Source: Auanema rhodensis
Taxonomy: Eukaryota; Animalia; Nematoda
Assembly: GCA_964057225.1 (NCBI GenBank)
Contig: OZ059894.1
Location: 15,810,001-15,874,000 of the forward strand
Direction: 5' to 3'
DNA: 64,000 nt
Positions 54,537 through 64,000 of this stretch are shown in pieces (position 1 is the stretch's first letter; every line of letters starts with the position of its first letter). The translations under genes were made by a program, and so were the position numbers. The notes under the pieces were generated by a model. The model ran no database searches and was not told where the DNA came from. It saw only the letters and a list, made by a program, of their open reading frames with translations.

Positions 54537-57500
54537 TTAGAAAGGTCTACTTTCAAGCCAATTTGCAACATGGAATTGAATATTCTTAGAAGACAATTCT
54601 TGGTTTCTTTTCTTACAATATGCTTGAATATCTTTAATATATTTCATATCCACAGTATTATAACCATCTTCAACTTCATGGTCTAACAAAACCCAAGGTT
54701 TGCTGAAAAATTAAATCAAATTAACTTCAGGTTCTCTTTAAAAAAAAGAAATGTTAAATCATTTTGCGGAGCTTAATATAAAATTTGGAACTAATAATAA
54801 TAATGAACTTACATAGTAGTTAACTGAGGACTCAATTGATGAGGTCCAGTAGATGGGACATGATTTAAAATATTCTGTGCAAATTTACTAATAGCTTTAT
54901 GACGTCTCTGAATAAATTTCGAATTAAAGAAAAGAAGAGTACATAATACATACCTTCGACAACATCTTTAATTCAAGAATAACATTGCTGGCTAATGCAT
55001 TTGACACATCAGGATCATCTATATCTAGACGGCATATACCTCCAGCTCCTCCACCACACTCATCATCATCTACGAGACTTATGAGTTTTGGTTGACCCTG
55101 AGATAAACAAAAAGTTATAACGCAAATTAATAAAACTGTTACTATGAAGAATGTGCGAACAAGGGATATTATACATAGAGCAGAACTATCGTCCATTACA
55201 GTAGCAATAGCCAAGAGACGTTTTGTGAAAGCAGCAACCCTACTTAGAGGAACCTTAAACAAGCATTATATGATAAACATTTTTCAGAAAAATATATTGA
55301 CCTGTTTTCTGCGCAAATTCAGCATTAAATCTAAAGTTTTTAAAGTGATATTAAGCTGTTTAATCCTTTGTTCTGGAAAAAAAAACTTGAATGTTGTAAC
55401 TTTTGTATAGTATTATAACCTGCTTTAGTTTCAAATGGCAAGGAATTCACGATTCGATATATGGATCTGTAAAACTTAGATGGATCTACGTTGAGGAGTT
55501 GTCCCTCGCCAGAAAGAATAACGAACACGGTATTAATACAATGGATTTGATCAACTAATCGTAAATGCTAAAGAGAAATTAAAAGAATAAGATAATATTG
55601 TAATAAATACCTGCTGATCAACTAGATCTTCCATAGTTTTTATGATATCCGCAAAATATTCCACGCTCAACAAATGGGCAAATTTGCAAAGCCCTTCTAA
55701 GCATGGTTCTAACAAAGCTAACGTTGGCATTCTTTTCAAAACTGAGAAGAAAGTTTGGAAAACATATTTAATCGTTTCAGTAGCCTAAATGCTGATTTCC
55801 TTAAAAGCTAACTTCTCAAAGAAACTTACATTTTTAATTTTAGCACTCAAGAGCTCAGCATCATCAAGTTCACGAAGATCTGTCTCTAGTTTATCCAATT
55901 GTTTACGATACTAAATATAAATTGAATATCCCAATAAATACATTAGATACCTTTCTAGTAGATTTACTAGTTCGTTCCTTCTTCAGTCTAGCACGTTTAG
56001 CAAAAATTTTTCCCTTTCCAGACTTTCCTCCTTTATCAACTTCCTTTAAATTAGTATATAAAATAGAGCTAAAAACTGTTATAACCCACCTTTATATTCA
56101 AACTTAATAAAGCAGAAAGAAGTTCAGGATTAATCCGTCCTTTAAGCTTTGTTACAAAGGAAGAAATACTTCTAGCTCCAAATAACGACATTTTCAAGTG
56201 AACATCTTCTTTGAACAATTTAGCAAGAGAACCGCAAGCTTCGTTAACTACCTTAATATAGACCAACTATATACAGCCAAAAAAATTCTAAATTACAGAC
56301 CTCTTTAGTTTTAGACACAGATAATCGAACAAGTGTGGAAATTATATTGGTTGTATAGTTAAAATGAGAACATGAAGTCATTATTCTACATAAAGCCTAC
56401 GAATAAAAGGAATAAACCAAGAAAATACTATATTTGTTACCTTGAGAGCAATCATTCCAATTTTGTAGGAAAACATTTCAGGTTTCAAAGTAGAACTTTT
56501 CCCTTCAAACTCTAAAAAATGAAAAAATATTATGAACAATAAAAACACAAAACATACTTTTACAGTATTTTTCACATAACTGCAAAAATTTAAGGTGATA
56601 TCTTAAAAGTGATTCTTCATATTCTTGTAGAACTTTGGTTTCTTTTTTCTGTTTTTGCTGCCTCTCTTCATCGGTTAGAGGACGAATTGCATATCCCGGA
56701 ATGATATCAATTAGTACCTTTGAAGCGAAAACATTAACTTTTAAAAAAAAGATGAATATCATACTTGAACCATACTAGCAACAGCTAATTTTTGAACCGT
56801 TTCTCTCACCAGAGAGTGAACGTTTTGTCCTTGACAGAGATGAAATAAATCTCTTAATTTAAAAACCTAAAAAAGCAAAAATATTAGGAGTACTAAATTG
56901 TTCTTATACATTTTGTTGAGGATTTCCCAGCAAACTATGGCACTGCGCAGATATAGTGACTTTGAATTCCTCAATCAACTGTTTACGTTTTGCTAAAAGT
57001 TCAGTGGCTGATAAGGCAGAGTAATCCTAAAAAATAAACTTCATTTTAACTCGAGTTGTAACCAACAATTACCTCTTGAACATTTTCTTCTTCTTCTTTT
57101 TTTTCCTCATCTTCAGAATTTTCTTCATCTTCTTCGGCCTTCTGTCTAGTTGGACGAATCAAAGTACCATCCTAATAACACATAATTGCAATTATATTTT
57201 ATTAACTTTTTAAAAACCTTCAACTTGATTGGAAGCATTTCCTCTTCATTCTCATTCAATTGTCCATCAAACTTTCTCTTTTTATTTTCAAACTCTTCCT
57301 CTTCTTCGTCATCATCTCCGAGTAACCCTGTAAAAAATATAAATAGTCAAAAAAAGAGCAAATATGAAATAACCCTGGTCAAACCGCCTTTTCAATCCAG
57401 CAAAAGCACTCTTGTCCCAGTCAATATCAGCATCAAGCATATCCAAAGGTAGGATATCTTCAGCTTCTTCAGTTTCAAAAAGTTCCTCACGATCGGCTTG

Positions 57501-57738
57501 CCAATCATCTTCTATCTAAATGCATTTTATAACCAGAGTTAGTATTATTACATACATTAAGAATACGCTTTCTTGACGATACTGATTTTTTTGCTTTTAT
57601 CTCTTTAAATTCATCTAAGATATGCCTGGATATTTTTTTCTTTTTCCCTAGGTGATTCAATCTTCTTGTGGTTTTCCTCGTATTAGAGGTTTTCATCATT
57701 TTCAGCTTCTCCTCACGAGAAGCGCTTGAAAAACCCAT
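54537..57738 (-). CDS. NOC3L: Nucleolar complex protein 3 homolog
   Basis: NOC3 motif [31 protein letters not shown], plus CBF-domain motifs [40 protein letters not shown] and [13 protein letters not shown]. Confidence 0.92.
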
Positions 57739-58167
57739 GGTTCCTTAATAATAATTAAATAATTTACTATTTTCAAACTATAACCAATAATAAAAATTGA
57801 AAAAACCACAAAAAAAAAATGTTTTAATCTGGCAGGTTTCCAATTTCAGATAAATGTGCTCCGTTGCCATTCGTATTTTCGGTACGGGACCAAATTCAAG
57901 CTTAGAAAAGTCTATGATGTAAATTCTGGAGATGGGCGGTTTGATTTATGAAATTGTTTCGTCTGTGCTGCATCTCTCTCTGTTTTTTGAAATATTTGCT
58001 GTCTTTTTATTTTTTTTTAGTTTATTTCTGTATATTAATATAAATTAAGTTATATAATAGTATAAGAGAAGTATTGATAGTGATTTCAGCTTCTCTAATG
58101 ACTCTACTGATAAAATTTTTTTGTTCTTCTAGATATTTTTCCTTATAATTAATTTTTTAGGTAAAAA

Positions 58168-60703
<2,536 letters not shown>

Positions 60704-61232
60704 TTATGAAATCCTTATTATATCTCAAAAAATCACTTTCCATGTGTAGTAATAGTCTAGTTTAGTATATGTTCGTAGGTTCCCTGCGCTAGTTACCCCA
60801 ACCGGCCATTAAATCTCATCACAACGGTCATTGTTCTCATCATTGTTAACTTTGTTATAATGCTACTTTGTTTTTCATTTTTATTTTGATTAATTTTCTT
60901 TGCTAGATGTCCATAGATTGTTTTTTTTATATTTTTTGTTTACATATTAATAAAAATTCTATATACGCATTTCCATATTCTTTTGTGTTAATGTTGTTAA
61001 TTCAACTAGCTCGTTGTCTATTACCTCTCATGCCCGATTTTTTTTGGCCTCTTTCCCTTCCTACTGTATCTGCCCCCCCCCCCCCCCATTTCCCCTATTA
61101 ACGTCATATGTCTTCTATGTACTTTCTATTACACTATCATTTGGTCTGATCGCATCCTAGTAGCAGAAAGTGACGTATTTCTATTTCCTAGTTGTCTGAT
61201 TCATTTCTACTTTAGGCTTTGTTTTTCTTGAA

Positions 61233-63443
<2,211 letters not shown>

Positions 63444-63846
63444 ATTTGCAATATCGAAGCTTTTAATTTGTTATTTTTCATTACACAATTTTTGTTCTTT
63501 TCTATTTTTTCTTTTTCAAGTTTTGTCAACTATATGACAAAATGCATGGTTCATGAATTATGTGCTCTAGATCTTAATTTTTTTGGAGTATATTTGTTAC
63601 AACGAAAATTTAGCACATATTCTGAACCTCTCAAGTTTTATCATATAGTTACAAATTTTGCAAAACACTTGTGGCCTTTATGAAGTACTCTCAATCTAGC
63701 ATATCCATGTCAAAAAGTTTTAGCAGTTGACGAAAAGCATAATACCTTGAAGTTGTAGTTTCGTCATATAGAAATAAACATTTAGAGATACATGGAAACT
63801 GATTAATTTATTACTTTATATAAATACTTATTTTATAAGTTAGAAC

Positions 63847-63978
63847 TCAACAAGAAAGACTGATAGGCAATTTGTCGCGTATTGATTTTTAGAATTTACT
63901 TCTTTCCAGCGGTCAAGTAACATAAGTTTCCAGCTCCACAGGTGTATCCAGGTGAGCACTGTCCATTCATACATTGTC
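63847..63978 (-). CDS. 3' end of a Cys-rich CC-domain (nematode) protein; 5' part outside the window
   Basis: Exon after TTCTTCAG gives GQCMNGQCSPGYTCGAGNLCYLTAGK, followed by a probable 40-nt intron and NLSC*. Confidence 0.6.
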
Positions 63979-64000
63979 CTGAAGAAAATAATTATTTAAC

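Overview
Very AT-rich eukaryotic DNA with short (about 40-60 nt) GT-AG introns and TTTCAG/TTTTAG acceptors, typical of a rhabditid (clade V-like) nematode. The ORF track captures only exon fragments, so the gene models below were spliced by hand. In order, the window holds: bus-19/TMEM41A (minus, 3' end off-window); a gene-poor stretch of about 17.5 kb; an intron-rich rifampicin-phosphotransferase/PEP-synthase-like swivel-His enzyme; an MFS sugar-porter-like transporter; a neuropeptide-like precursor; a 4TM+MSP-domain protein; a small Cys-rich secreted protein; a single-pass membrane protein; an Sre-class chemoreceptor; unc-46; a probable 63-aa microprotein; a C-type lectin; a second single-pass protein; a pepsin-family protease; NOC3L; hsp-6; adss-1; and the 3' end of a CC-domain gene. 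Four features stand out. (1) Two tandem antisense cassettes in a transporter intron, each a tRNA-like Pol III leader fused to a box C/D snoRNA predicted to guide 18S methylation at the human Gm601-equivalent site. (2) A roughly 100-nt G-U-rich hairpin in an oversized adss-1 intron, ending on a strong cryptic 5' splice site that would create a premature stop. (3) The RPH-like enzyme, preceded by a cluster of GATA sites. (4) An unassigned RIamide neuropeptide. All calls come from manual reading; no database search was run.
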